Shown: in pieces, positions 22,568 to 35,300 of the stretch
How positions within the stretch are numbered: the stretch's first letter is position 1
Layout of the letters: the number at the start of each line of letters is the position of its first letter
Source of the DNA: Azolla caroliniana
Lineage: Eukaryota > Plantae > Polypodiophyta
Length of the DNA stretch: 64,000 bases
NCBI GenBank assembly: GCA_043228905.1
Contig: JBHGNT010000003.1
Span: 3,286,001 to 3,350,000, forward strand
Direction: 5' to 3'
Translations under genes and position numbers: made by a program
Notes under the pieces: generated by a model
What the model saw: only the letters and a program-made list of their open reading frames with translations
Databases searched by the model: none
What the model was told of the DNA's origin: nothing

Positions 22568-22585
22568 TGGTGAACCCGACGTGAA
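22568..22585 (+). other. PBS complementary to cytosolic tRNA-Trp
   Basis: TGGTGAACCCGACGTGAA matches the recalled plant tRNA-Trp 3' end (TTCACGTCGGGTTCA-CCA); same at 37107-37124 (-) and 46211-46228. Confidence 0.8.
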
Positions 22586-22602
22586 GGCGGCGACGAGGAG
22601 AA

Positions 22603-24357
22603 ATGGAGGAGCAAATGAGGCTTATGTGTATGATGATGGAACGAGTGATGCGGGAACAAGGGATGATGGCAAGCATCGACAAAGCCGTCGACAATATTCT
22701 CGCACAAGTAGGAATCTTCGAAGGTATAAATTTAACAAAATTTCTGAAGATTTACAATGAAGAAATGCTTAAACGTGGTGTCGACGAAGCTGCAAAAATT
22801 AATAGCTTTAGTCGAGTCGCTGCGATTGGGCTACAAGAGAGGATCCAAGAGCTCCAAAGGGAGAATCAGACATGGACAACGTTCGAAAGGGCATTACTCA
22901 ATGAATACAACCTCAACGATATGTCAAGGATGACAAGGCGAGCTTTCATGGATTGGGTAGAGTCTAATAAACATTTAAGTGTTTTGGAAGTATTAAAAGA
23001 GTTTTTTGAAAGATTTGAGCAACTAAATGTTAGAGATAGAAATATAATAGTGCCAGATAAAGTAATATTGTTTCTACAAGCTACTAATATTAAAGACAAG
23101 AGGGACTTGGGAATGCTTTTAGAATATCAGAATAGTCCAAGTGGACTTACCGAAGACTGGGAGGAGGTGAAAAGGGCGTGCGCCCATTTCTGCAAAAGAA
23201 AGTTATGGTTTATGGAGTTGCCCGACAGAAATGATGAAGAAATAGGGAACAAGTCGGGAGAAAAGAAAGTAGAAGAATCACTCTTACACGAATTGGTGAA
23301 AGGTATGAAAGACTTGTTGATCAAAGTGATGAAGCTAAAATCGGGACAAAGCTCGACTTCATCAAGGCAGGGAGGTGGAATGGTCCGAAGGTGTATGTGG
23401 TGTGATAGTATCGACCACCAGAAGAAAGATTGTCAAGAGCATAGGGATGCTCTTAATCATAATAAAATCTACTATCAAGATGGCAAGATTCACTCGACAG
23501 AGACTCGACAACCACTTCAACTCAACTTTGGGCGAGGAGGAATGAAAAAGCTAATGGAAGATGTTGAGAGAGAAACGACTCAAGCGATACAATCCATGGC
23601 AACCTTAGGATTGTGCGTAGAAGACTCATATGGTGGATCTGGCTTTTGGCAAGATGTGATGGATTATGCAAGAAAAGGGAAGGTTCGAGTGGATGAATTA
23701 AAAAGAGCGGGAGATGAAATACGAAACTTCACTGGATGGAATGATTTAGTAGACGCGCTATTAGCATTCGCCCAAGTGAATGCACAAGATGTGCTAGTGG
23801 AAGAGAAACGGAAGAGAGCTGAGGAAGCTGATCCGACAAAGAGACATGAGACACGAGAACAGAAGAGAAGGGACATGGAAAAGGGTGCTACTGAGCCGAA
23901 GGAAGCTGATAAAGTAAAAGGAAAGACATGCCCATCTTTCAAGCTTGCCTCAGACATAGAAACTACGACTGATATAAAAAAGGTACTAGAAACAAGAATA
24001 CTAAATAGTAAGGTAGAATTTACTTTACGAGAAGTGTTGGGTATAGCAAAGAAAGAATTTCATGAAGTTATCATAGATATTATTAGAAGGAAGAGACAAG
24101 TGACGGAGGAAATTACGGGAGGGTGTGCAACAACACTCCAAGATTTGTATGGTGGCACCATCAATGCTACAAGTGTAAAAAACCAAAATGATGTTGGTGT
24201 CCATGAAGGGGATAAGAGTCACTATACAAGGGATCATTGGGCTCGAGCAACAACAGAGGCACCTGCAAAAATTGGGGAGCAGCAAATTCCATGTATTGCT
24301 TTGATCGATCATGGATCCGAGATTAACATGATGTCATCGGAATGTGTTTTGGATTAA
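22603..24357 (+). CDS. gag: Gag plus N-terminal half of the protease (truncated by an internal deletion)
   Basis: CMWCDSIDHQKKDC knuckle; ALIDHGSEIN protease motif, then a jump to the pre-RT region relative to sister elements. Confidence 0.85.
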   Translation: MEEQMRLMCMMMERVMREQGMMASIDKAVDNILAQVGIFEGINLTKFLKIYNEEMLKRGVDEAAKINSFSRVAAIGLQERIQELQRENQTWTTFERALLNEYNLNDMSRMTRRAFMDWVESNKHLSVLEVLKEFFERFEQLNVRDRNIIVPDKVILFLQATNIKDKRDLGMLLEYQNSPSGLTEDWEEVKRACAHFCKRKLWFMELPDRNDEEIGNKSGEKKVEESLLHELVKGMKDLLIKVMKLKSGQSSTSSRQGGGMVRRCMWCDSIDHQKKDCQEHRDALNHNKIYYQDGKIHSTETRQPLQLNFGRGGMKKLMEDVERETTQAIQSMATLGLCVEDSYGGSGFWQDVMDYARKGKVRVDELKRAGDEIRNFTGWNDLVDALLAFAQVNAQDVLVEEKRKRAEEADPTKRHETREQKRRDMEKGATEPKEADKVKGKTCPSFKLASDIETTTDIKKVLETRILNSKVEFTLREVLGIAKKEFHEVIIDIIRRKRQVTEEITGGCATTLQDLYGGTINATSVKNQNDVGVHEGDKSHYTRDHWARATTEAPAKIGEQQIPCIALIDHGSEINMMSSECVLD

Positions 24358-27300
24358 TAGAGGATGATGAAGAAATTCAGGATATGTTTGAAGAATTAAG
24401 TTTTGAAGATACAATAACTCATTTGGAAGCAATTGAAGAAGACAACGAAATCCAAGTTCCTGTCCATTCAATCAAGATGTACAAGGTCATTGAAGAAGTT
24501 GCTCTAAAGGATCATGAAGCACATGTACTAACAAAATACAAGACAGTGGAGAAGAAGGTTCGTCCTATTGCTGCTCCACTTCCAAGGAATAGTGAAAAGG
24601 CAATCAAAGAAGCAGCCACAGAGCCAATGATCAGAGACCCACGAAAGGTAGGACTTGTGTTTACTCCGGAAACAATACAAGGGATGAAAATAGGAGGGGG
24701 TAACTTCCTATTACCCGCTGAAGAAAAGCAGTTCAGGGAGATGTTAAAAAGGCATGGAAAGGCATTCGCATTCCAACCGCAGGAAATAGGGTGTGTGGAT
24801 CCAGAAATTGTGGAGCCCATGGTTATATTCACTATCCCTCATATTCCATGGAACTTTAAGCCAATACCCATGCCTAGGGCTAGAATCCCTCAACTATTAG
24901 AACTTTTGAAAGAAAAGATAAGGATGGGTATCTTGGAACCATCGAACGCTCCTTACTCGAGTCGATGGTTCACTGTGTTAAAGAAAGATGGGCGACTTCG
25001 ATTTATCCAAGATATGCAACCCGTGAATAAGGTAACAATCCGAAACTCGGGAGTAGGGCCAATTGTGGATGAGTAGGAAGAGCTATATATTCAATGGGAG
25101 ACCTTTATTCCGGGTATGATCAATTTCAACTTGCTATCAAAAGTCGAGATATAACTTCTATCAAGACACCTATAGGGTTAGTACGGATGTGCACCTTGCC
25201 GCAAGGAGCGACCAACTCAGTGGCGCATATGATGAATGGAATGAACAAGGTACTTCGTGATTTTATTCCTCATATTACAATGCCTTTTCTAGATGATGTT
25301 CCAATTAAGGGATGCAAGGAGGAAGAGAAGAACGAGGAATTGGACGAAAGTGGTTGCCGTCAATTTGTTGCTGATCATATCAAGGATTGTGAGAAGGTGC
25401 TATTAAGGATGGAAGAAGTGCATTTGACCTTATCAGGTGTGAAGTCAATATTTGGGGCAAAAGAGATATTAATAGTTGGTCATATGTGTGGCCCATACGG
25501 GAGAAAGCCATCCCCAACCAAGGTCAATGCAATTCAAAATATGCAAGAGGAATGAATGTACATCCGTCTCAGAAGTACGAAGGTTTCTAGGGGTATGTGT
25601 TTTTTACTGTAAATGGATTCCGCATTATGCCCATTTATCTGAACCTTTATATAGACTCCTAAGAAAAGGAGAGATATTTGAATGGAGTGAAGAGCATTCA
25701 GAGGCAATGAAGAAATTGAAGTACTACTTAGCACAAGCTACACCATTAAAGCAACCTGACTACACCCGACCCATATATCTCAAAATAAACTCTAGTCCCA
25801 TTGGAATTGGATGGGTGATAAGCCAACAAGATGGGGAAGAAAGGTATCCAGTCCGATTCGGAGCAAAGGTTCTTAGTGGTCGACAAAGAAAATATGCACA
25901 GGTGAAAAGAGAGCTATGGAGGATAGTAACAGCAGTAAAGATAGACAGAGATTACTTAATTGGTGCTGAAGTAATAATAGAAACAGATTGTTTGCCTATT
26001 CTTGGTATCATAGCTAATTGTGATATTCCAGATCAAGCCATGTTAAGATGGTGTATCTATATTAGATCAGTCAACCCTGAAGTTCGACATATCTTTGGGA
26101 ATAGAAATGCAGTAGCAGATATGTTATCAAGAGCAAGGTATGAGGAAGAGGAGATTCTAGACTCAGACGATGAGGACAAAGAACAAACAGTCCTTACCAC
26201 AAGCATTTCCCGGGAAGGAGGAATGCAGTTTCTAGAAGAGGAGTATGAAGAAGAATTCAAGGAAATAGGGAAATACCTACAAACCCCTAACAAGTACAAA
26301 AGTCGATCTGGAAAAGAGTTTGCACAGTTTCGCAAGAAAGCCCATAAGTTCTTCTTGCATGAAGGATATCTATGGCGACATCCAAAAACCAAGACTGGAA
26401 ACCCGCAAAGAGTAATAGGTTCTGAAGGGCAAAGAAAGGAGATAATCAGAGAGCTGCATGACAAAGAATGGGCTGGTCATCGAGGAGTGTGGGCCACTTT
26501 CAGTAAGATTAAAGAACGATTTTGGTGGCCTCGATACTATGAGCAAATAAAAAAGTATGTGGAAACTTGTCCCACTTGTCAATATTATTCAAACGTAAAA
26601 TTTTGTGATGAATTACACCCGACATACTCACCGGGGGTGCATTACAAGTGGATGATAGATTTGGTAACAATGCCACTTGGAGTAGGACAAAAGAGATACT
26701 TGGTTCTTGCAAGAGAAGATCTAACAAATCAAGTGGAAGGTCGTTCATTGCAAACAAAAGGGACATTAGGAGTATGTCAATTCATCTTGGAGGACATTGT
26801 TTGTAGATATGGATGTATCGGGAAGATAGTGGCAAATAGGGGAGAACTCAATTCTGCGGAATCTCAAGATTTTTTCGACAAAATAGGAATTCGGCTTTCT
26901 TTGACAACGGCATACAATCCAGAAGCTAATGAAAAGGTAGAAAGGGGACATGGTCCAATAGTCAAAGCTTTGGCAAAGGCATGTAGAGGACGGGTTAGTG
27001 ATTGGCCAAAAACCTTACCTTATGCACTATGGGCTGATAGGACAACTCACAACATTGTTACTGGATATATGCCTGCAGAATTAATCACGGGACAGAAGCC
27101 AATAATGCCAATTGAAGAAAAGATAACTACATGGGCTGTGTTGCCTTGGGAATCGGAAATGAGTAGGGAAGATTTACTTGCGGTTCGAATACGACAACTT
27201 CAATCAAGGACAGAAGACATAGAAAAAGCAGCTACTAGATTGAAAGAGGCAAGAATCAAGAATAAGGACAGATTTGACAAGATGAAAAGAATACGACCAA

Positions 27301-27623
27301 GAAAGGTGCAAGAGGGAGATTGGGTATTAGTATATGATAGTAGCCTAGATAATCAATACAGTACTATTCGGAAGTTTGCAAAAAGATGGTTTGGACCTTA
27401 TGAAGTTAGGAAAATAACAGATAAAGCCACATATTTCCTCAATGAATTAGATGGGACAGAAATTCGTATCCCAATTGCAGGAAAAAGGATTAAAATATTT
27501 AAAAGGAGGGAGTCATTAGAGCCTGAATTTTATGAAGAAGTAGAAGAACTAAAAGAATTGGAAGAAGTGTTGGATGAACTCTGCACAACCAATGTGCAAG
27601 TTCAGAGGGGGTGGGTGTCGTAA
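24342..27623 (+). pseudogene. pol: Disrupted pol (RT-RH-IN)
   Basis: Three ORF pieces; LPQGATNS, FLDD, GHRG...CPTC, WMIDL...VERGH. Confidence 0.9.
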
Positions 27624-28087
27624 AGAATGTGCTTCACGATATAAAAATGAGCTTAAATGTTGTATTTAATAATATTTGAGAGACTTGAACCCACATCCTT
27701 ATATACGAAGTAGAATGTACATACCACTAGGCTAGGCTATTTATTTGTAAAAGTGTAATAAATGTGCTTCATGATATAAGAATGAAGCTATATATTGTAT
27801 TAAGTAAAATTGAGGGACTTGAACCCTCAACCTTGTATACCAAGCACCAAGCATACACCACTAAGCTAGGTTAGTTATTTTAGAATGCATTTTCATCATT
27901 ATAATTATCTCATATCTATTTTCATACATAGCCATCATTCATCACATGCAATGCATGTGCGCCAAATGGCGATCATGCATTACATGTAACTCATGCATTG
28001 CATGCATGCCATCCTCCCATACATTACCATATGCATGGCAACACTTATATAAAGAGGGGAAAGGGAAAACAAGGAGGGGAATCAAGA

Positions 28088-28544
28088 AAGAAAGAAAGAA
28101 AGAAAGATGTGTTAACGTCTTCTAAGGCCAAATTTGGCCCATGAGATAATTGGTTTACAACAATAGAGTATTTATCCAGTCATCATAACTAAAATAAAAT
28201 TAAGTAAAAAAATAGAACTTAAACTAAAAGAGTTCTAGTAGTGTACAATATGTAGTATACTCGAAAGTGACTATACACTAAGCCTAATTTTATTTCCACC
28301 GAAGCCTCTCGAAAAGAAGTGGGGGGTCAAAGGGTCTTGATGTGGGTTCCAATGTAGAGAGTGCCCTTGCCATGGCTTCTAGGCGGTGTAGCTCACGTTC
28401 CCTTATTTTCAATATTGCTTCCACATCACGTCGAGTTGCTTTGAAACCCGGCACCCGAGGACGTCTGGTTCTTCTCTGGTTTTCTGCCTCATCAATGGAA
28501 AGGCCGAGTGGTGCAAGTGTGTCGGCATTCGTTGTCTCCTCAGG
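28088..28544 (-). mobile_element. Probable 5'-truncated non-LTR retroelement or retrocopy within the G 3' LTR
   Basis: Absent from the 5' LTR; minus strand has 84 open codons ending at TAA 28290-28292, an AT-rich 3' UTR and a (CTTT)n tail. Confidence 0.6.
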
Positions 28545-28889
28545 TTAGCTTGTTGGTGAAGAGGCTCGTGTTTCCAAGTTGGAGTCAAGAGTTCGAATCA
28601 AGGGTCGGTAGAGAAAGGGTTCATCTTGCTACCAAACATTGTAAAGTTGGTAAAATCTTGTATTCGTAATACACATCATGTTCATATCATATACTTTTTT
28701 GTCTTGAATCATACATTGCCTCTATCTTTTATCTATACTAGTCTCTCTCTCACACATATTACTTTAAACTATTATTCTTCATATCCTTTATCTTCCTAAC
28801 ATTTGCGCGCAATCCTTATAAAAGTTCCTTCAACTCCTCTTAACCTTAGTCCCTGCGACTTCGCCGCACGAACCACAACTACCCCGACA

Positions 28890-31800
28890 GAGCGTACCAA
28901 TGCCTTCACGATCAGCCCATGCCCGCGCTCTACCTTCCCGTTAGCCTCTAGATTGTACGCCATAGTGAGGGAGAGCTTAACCCCTAACCAGTCAAACAAC
29001 TCTTCGGCTTCTTGCGCATCCAGCTCTCCCCGGTCAACCACTATCTTCCCACGCACCAGTAACCAGCACACCACCTCCTCGATCAGAAACCGGCGCACCG
29101 CTGCAATCGTCTTATTCTGAAATGCGCGGCCCTCCACTTGGTTCGTCAAGTCCTCCCGCGCAAGCACCAGGTACCGCAGCTGCCCTACCCCCATCAACAT
29201 CATCACCAAGTCCACCATCCACTTGAAGTGGACGGTTGGCGGGTAAGGCGGGTGTAGCTCATCCCAATGTCGGACTACAGAATGCACCTAGCAGCTCTCA
29301 CAAGTCGTTAGGAACTTATGAACATCTCGGTACAATCCTTGCCATCAATACTTCTCCTTCAGCTTTTCGAACGTGGCCCACGTCCCGCGATGTCCGGCCC
29401 AGAGACTCTCGTGATATGCCATTAGCAGAGCCTCCTGTTCTTCCTTCTTTGCCACTACCCAGAGTGGGACGCCGCCTCGCTTCTTCGGGTGTTTCCATAT
29501 GCTTCCATCCTATAGGAAGAACCAATACGCTTTCTTCTGGATCCGGTTAGCCTCTTCTCTCGTCCACACCGCATCCGGCGTCAGTGGTTTTAAGAACCTG
29601 CCAATCCGGAGCCACTCCTCGTCGTACTCGCCCTCGTCAAACTCATTAAGCTCCAGAGTGCTCCCAGCCCTCTTCGTTACATAAGCCAACTCGAAGAAGT
29701 CCATGCCAACTTCTTCGTCCTCCGAAACCATGCCGTCCTCGTCATTGAATTGTGCTCTCGAAAGCATGTCGGCCATGGCGTTGTCTTTCCCGGAGATGTG
29801 CCGTATCTCCGAATTCAAGGACTTGATGTATGCGATCCACTTGAGGATCGTCAGGTCTGGCGTCGCGCATCCGGAAACCATACCGAGGATTGGTAGCCAG
29901 TCCGTCTAAATTATTACCTCCGTCCCGATCAAGTAGTCGTCTTTATCGGCCTTGACTACTGAAACGATACCCCAAAGTTCGCGTTTAACTTGGGCATATC
30001 CTCGCTGCCGCTCACTCAGCACCTTCGCTCCAAACCGGATCGGAAACCTCATGCCACTCTCGTCCTCTTGGTTGATCACCCACCCTATCCCGGTCGGGAT
30101 CGTGTCTACCATCACGTAGATTGGAACGTCCTTGTCGTAAACCGCTTTCCGGAGTGCCCGTGCCGTAGTAAGAGCTCCTTTCAATCTCCGAACCAACTCC
30201 GTATGTTCCCTGCTCCACTCGAACTTGCGCCCTTTCTTCAACAACCCGTATAGCGGCTCCGCGACGTGTGCGTAGTGCGGAATCCAGATGTTGTAGAACG
30301 CGCACGCGCCCAAGAACCTCCAGACTTCCGTAACCGACTTGTAGTTTTCCTTCATCGCGGAGATGGCCTCTACCTTTGCAGGGGGTAGTTTCCGGCCATA
30401 AGGCCCACACAGGTGATTGACGACCATAATCTCTGCATGCCTGAAAGCCGATTTCTCTCTAGAGAAAGTGAACCGCGTGCCTTCTAGCCTTTGCAGCACC
30501 TTGTCGCAGTCGCTAATGTGGTCTGCAATGAATCTTCGGCAATCGTCCGGCCCAAGCGATTCATCTTTATCTTCCACCGGATACCCCTTTATCGGGATGT
30601 CGTCCAAGAAGGGCATGGTAATGTCTGGGATGCAGTCCCTTAGCACCTTGTTCATCGCATTTACCGTGTGCGCCACCGAGGTGGTCCCTCCTTGCGGCAG
30701 GGTACACATCCGCACTAGGTTGAGAGTGGTCCGCATCGTCGTAATGTCTCTGCTCTCTATAGCTATTTGGAATTGATCGTACCCCGAGTACATATCACCG
30801 ACCGAATAAATCGACCTTCCGACGAAGGCCTCCGTGAACTCGTCAATGTCTGGTCTGATACCTGCGTTCTAAATGGTCACCTTGTTGACCGGCTGCAGGT
30901 CCTGAATAAAGCGCAGCATGCCGTTCTTCTTCGGCACAGTAAACCACCGATTCGAATACGGGGCACTCGATGGATCGAGGATGCCCATCTCCACCTTCTG
31001 CTTTAGTAGCTCCATCACCATTGGTACCGTGAAGATCACCATTGGTTCAACGATTGTCGGGTCCACGCACCCGATCTCCTCTAGTGAAAATGCGAAGGCC
31101 TTCCCCTACCTTTCGAGCATTCTCTGAAACCGTTCCTCCTTTGCCGGTAGTAGGAAGCCACCCCCACCGACCTTGAGTTCCCGTAGCGTTTTGTCGGTGA
31201 ACTGGTGTCCTATGCCAGCCGGATTCCACAAACGACCCCCTTTATCTGCTCCTCGCAGGCCCTCCGGCAAGGGTACCGTGGCTGGCCTCACCTTCGAGTC
31301 CACAGTCTTGTACCTCGTATCTACGCGGGCCGTCCGATCCAACTCGACCCTTTCCCCGAAGTCGGCAATGACTTCGTACATCTCTACCGAGCTAACCGGA
31401 ATCACCTGGTCTTCACTAAGGCCTTCCTCGAACTCCTTCTGTAGTTCGCCGATGGTGTCATCAAAAGAGACCGCCTCCACGGCGTTGCTAATCTCTTCAT
31501 CAGCGTCGAGGACTCCACACGCCCTGAGACGTTCCTCTGCCCGTTTCCTTTCCCAGTCGATAATGCCGGTTATCGCGCAACCTCCGTTGTCAGAGACCCA
31601 AAGCCTCCTACATATAGTACAAAACTTCCTACCTATGGTACACGTGTGGGGTTCCTCCGGGGTGTCCGGACTACTGCGGCCCCACGCCTTGATAGCCATC
31701 TCTAAAAATCCCCTCGGCCATCACTACCAAGGGTTTCGCGGTTACGCTCGTGGTTCGGTCGCACGGTCAGGAATTGGACGAAGTGTCGTCCATCTTGGCT

Positions 31801-32308
31801 CTTCACGCACATGTACGCAGAGCCGTTATCTAGCACCTTTGTCTCCATGCGGGCCGCCGCTTTCTGACAAGCATTGGCGGTTTTTGGTCACTAACTTTTG
31901 CTTCAAAATCCAACTATACAGATAATGTACGGTTCGCCGAGTATCACTGGGTGTGAGGATGTCTCCTGCACGAAGAAGTGTTGATCAATCTCGACATCTC
32001 CAATCTTCACGCGTACATTCTGGCACGCCCCGTGCAGCTCTTCCGTAGCTCTTGTTGCCACGCTTATCTTCCACCCGTGCTTGGTGTTGATCGGCCACTT
32101 CCCTTTCTTATAGAAGTCCATAGACATCAACTTAATCTCGGAACCGTGGTCTATCAACGCCACCACTAGCTCATGGATGTCCCCGACCCGAACGGGGGTC
32201 TTCATAGTGGCTCTGGCCCACTACAACTTCTAATAGTGGCTTTCCGCCAACTCGTCCTCGAAGGCCATGTCTTCCAGGTGCATCCTCCACACCTCCACAA
32301 GCTTCTCC
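28890..32308 (-). pseudogene. Degenerate non-chromovirus gypsy internal region F1 (PR-RT-RH-IN)
   Basis: ORF pieces 31903-32205, 31106-31699, 29906-30793, 29510-29881 and 28796-29287 are homologous to elements F2 and C. Confidence 0.9.
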
Positions 32309-35300
32309 GATTGCGGTCGTTTTGTTCTGAAGGGCCTGGCCTTCCACCTGGTTCGTCAGATCTTCCCGAGCCAGGACCAGATACCGCATCTGTCCTACTC
32401 CCATCGGCATCGTCACCAGATCTACCATCCATTTGAAGTGGATGGTCGGAGGGTACATAGGGTGAAGCCCGTCCCGATGTCGGACTATGGAGTGCATCTG
32501 ACAGCTCTCGTAAGTTGTCACGAACCGATGCACGTCCCGGTACAGTCCCGGCCACCAGTACTTCCCCTTTATCTTCTCGAACGTGGCCCACGTTCCACGG
32601 TGTCCAGCCCAAGGGCTGTCGTGGTAGGCCGTCAGCAGCTCCTCCTGTTCTTCCTTCATTGTCACCACCCGGAGCGGGACGTCGTTCCTCTTCTTCGGGT
32701 GCTTCCATAAGTATCCGTCCCGAAGAAAGAATCGGTATGCTTTCTTCCGGATCCGGTTGGCCTCATCTCTCGTCCATGACGCATCCGGCATCATTGTCCT
32801 CAAGAAACCACCGATCTGCAGACACTCGCCGTCGTACTTGCTCTCGTCGAAGCCGTTAAGTGCCGGAGTGCTCGTCCCATCAGTCGTCACGTACGCCGCC
32901 TCGAAGAAGTCCATGCCGACTTCTTCGTCCTCCGAAACCATGCCGCCCTCGTCATCAAACCTCGCCCTCGAAAGCATGTCGGCCATGGCGTTGTCCTTTC
33001 CGGAAATGTGTCGTATTTCCGGGTCCAGGGACTTGATGTACGTTATCCACCTGAGCATCGCCAGGTCCGGTGTCGCGCATCCGGAAACCATGCCGAGAAT
33101 TGGCAGGCAATCCATCTCGATAATCACTTCTGTCCCGATCAGGTAGTCTTTGTCGGCCTTTACTGCCGAAACGATACCCCAGAGTTCGCGTTTAACCTGG
33201 GCGTACCCTCGTTGTCGCTCACTGAGGACCTTCGCGCCGAATCGGATCGGGAACCGAATGCCGTCCTCGTCTTCTTGGTTGACGACCCATCCGATCCCGG
33301 ACGGACTCGTATCCACCGTTATGTATACCAGGGTACCCTTCTCGTAGACAGCCTTCCGGAGTGCCGGTGCTGTCGCAAGAGCTTCCTTCAGCTTCCGGAC
33401 CGACTCTGTGTGCTCGTCTCGCCACTCGAATTTTCGCCCCTTCTTTAGCAACCCGTATAGCGGCTCAGCAAAGTGGGCGTAATGCGGGATCCATATGTGG
33501 TAGAATGCGCATGCCCCCAGGAACCTACAATCGGTCTTCATCGTGGAGATGGCTTCTACCTTTGCCGGAGACGGCTTCCGGCCATATGGTCCACATAGGT
33601 GTCCGACCACCAGGATTTCTGATTGCCCGAAGGCCGATTTCTCCCCGGAGAAGGTGAGCCTCGCATCCTCTAGCCTTTGTAGCACCTTCTCGCAGTCGTC
33701 GATGTGTGTTGCCACGAATCGCCGGCTTCCGTCCGGCCCAAGTGTCGCGTCCTTCTCTTCCACCGGGCACCCCTTGATCGGGATGTCGTCTAGAAATGGC
33801 ATGGTGATGTCCGCGATGCAATCCCTCAGTACCTTGTTCATTGCATTCACCATGTGGGCCACCGAGTTGGTCCCTCCTTGTGGCAGGGTACACATTCGCA
33901 CTAGGCCGAGGGGAGTTCGCATCGTCGTAATGTCTCTACTCTCCACGGCTAGCTGGAACTGGTCGTACCCCGAGTACAGATCACCGACTGAGTAAATCGA
34001 CCTTCCGGCGAAGGCTTCTGCAAACTCGTCTATGGTCGGTCTGATTCATGCGTTCCGAATGGTCACTCTGTTGACCGGCTGCAGGTCTTGAATGAAGCGC
34101 AATGTTCCGTTTTTCTTTGGTACGGTAAACCATCGGTTCGAGTATGGGGCACTCGACGGTTCGAGAATGCCCATACCGACTTTCTGCCTCAATAGCTCCA
34201 TCAACTTCGGCATGTGAGCTCTCGGTACGGGAATCGGCTTGAGATTCCACGGCACATGCGGTACCGTGAATATCACCATCAGCTCAACGATCGTCGGGTC
34301 TACGCACCCGATCTCATCCGGTGAGAATGCGAAGGCTTTCCCGTGCCTTCCGAGCATTCTCCGAAACCGGTCTTCTTCCGCTAGCAGTAGGAATCCGCCC
34401 CCACTGATCTTGAGCTCCCGGAGCGTCCCGTCGGTGAAGGTGTGTCCTATGCAGAACGGATCTCGTAAACTGGGGTCCGACGCAACCCCTCTGATTCGGG
34501 ACTCGCTGCCCTCCAGTAAGGGTGCCGCGACTGGCCTTACCCTCCAGTCCACAGTCTTGTACTTCGTGCTAACTCGGGCCGTCCGATCCAACCTGAGCCC
34601 CTGACTGAAGTTCACGATGACTTCGTACATCTCTTCGGAACATACCGGTATCGTCCGGTCTTCGTTAAGGTCTTCTCCGGCTACCTTCCTCAGCATCCCC
34701 AAGGTGTCGTCGAAGGAGACCGCCTCCACGGCTCCGCTGATTTCCTCGTCCGGGCCGAGAACTCCGCACGCTTGAAGTCGCTCCTCTGCCCTTGCCTTTT
34801 CTCGGCCAACGATGCCGACTATCATACACCCTCCGTTGTTGGAGAAGCAAAATTTTCTACCTATCGTACAAGGTTTCTTCGGTTTCGGTTCTATTGTACA
34901 GCTGTGGGGTCTTTCCCGAGTGTCCGGACTGTCTCGGCCCCACGCCTTGGCAGCCCTCTCTAAAAATCCTCTCGGTTCTCGCCACCGAGGGATTCGCGGT
35001 TTCGCTCGTGGTTCGGCCGCACCATCAGAAATTGGACCGAATGGCGCCCGTCCTGGCTTTTGACCCTCGCGTAGGCCGAACCGTTGTCCAACACCTTGGT
35101 CTCCATTCGCGCCGCCGTGATGTATGGTTCCCCTAATATGACCGGGTGCGAGGACGTCTCCTGCACGAAGAAGTGCTGGTCAATCTCGACGTCGCCGATC
35201 TTGACTCGCACGTTCGGGCAGGCCCTGTGCAGTTCCTCGGTGGCGCGCGTTGCCGCCCGTATCTTCCACCCGTGCTTGGTGTTGATCGGCCATTTTCCCT

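Larger units (their letters stand above)
21682..28889 (+). mobile_element. Non-chromovirus Ty3/gypsy element G (possibly Phygy-like), defective
   Basis: LTRs 21682-22563 and 27616-28889; PBS 22568-22585; PPT 27604-27615; gag-PR-RT(FLDD)-RH-IN; flanks are not duplicated. Confidence 0.92.
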
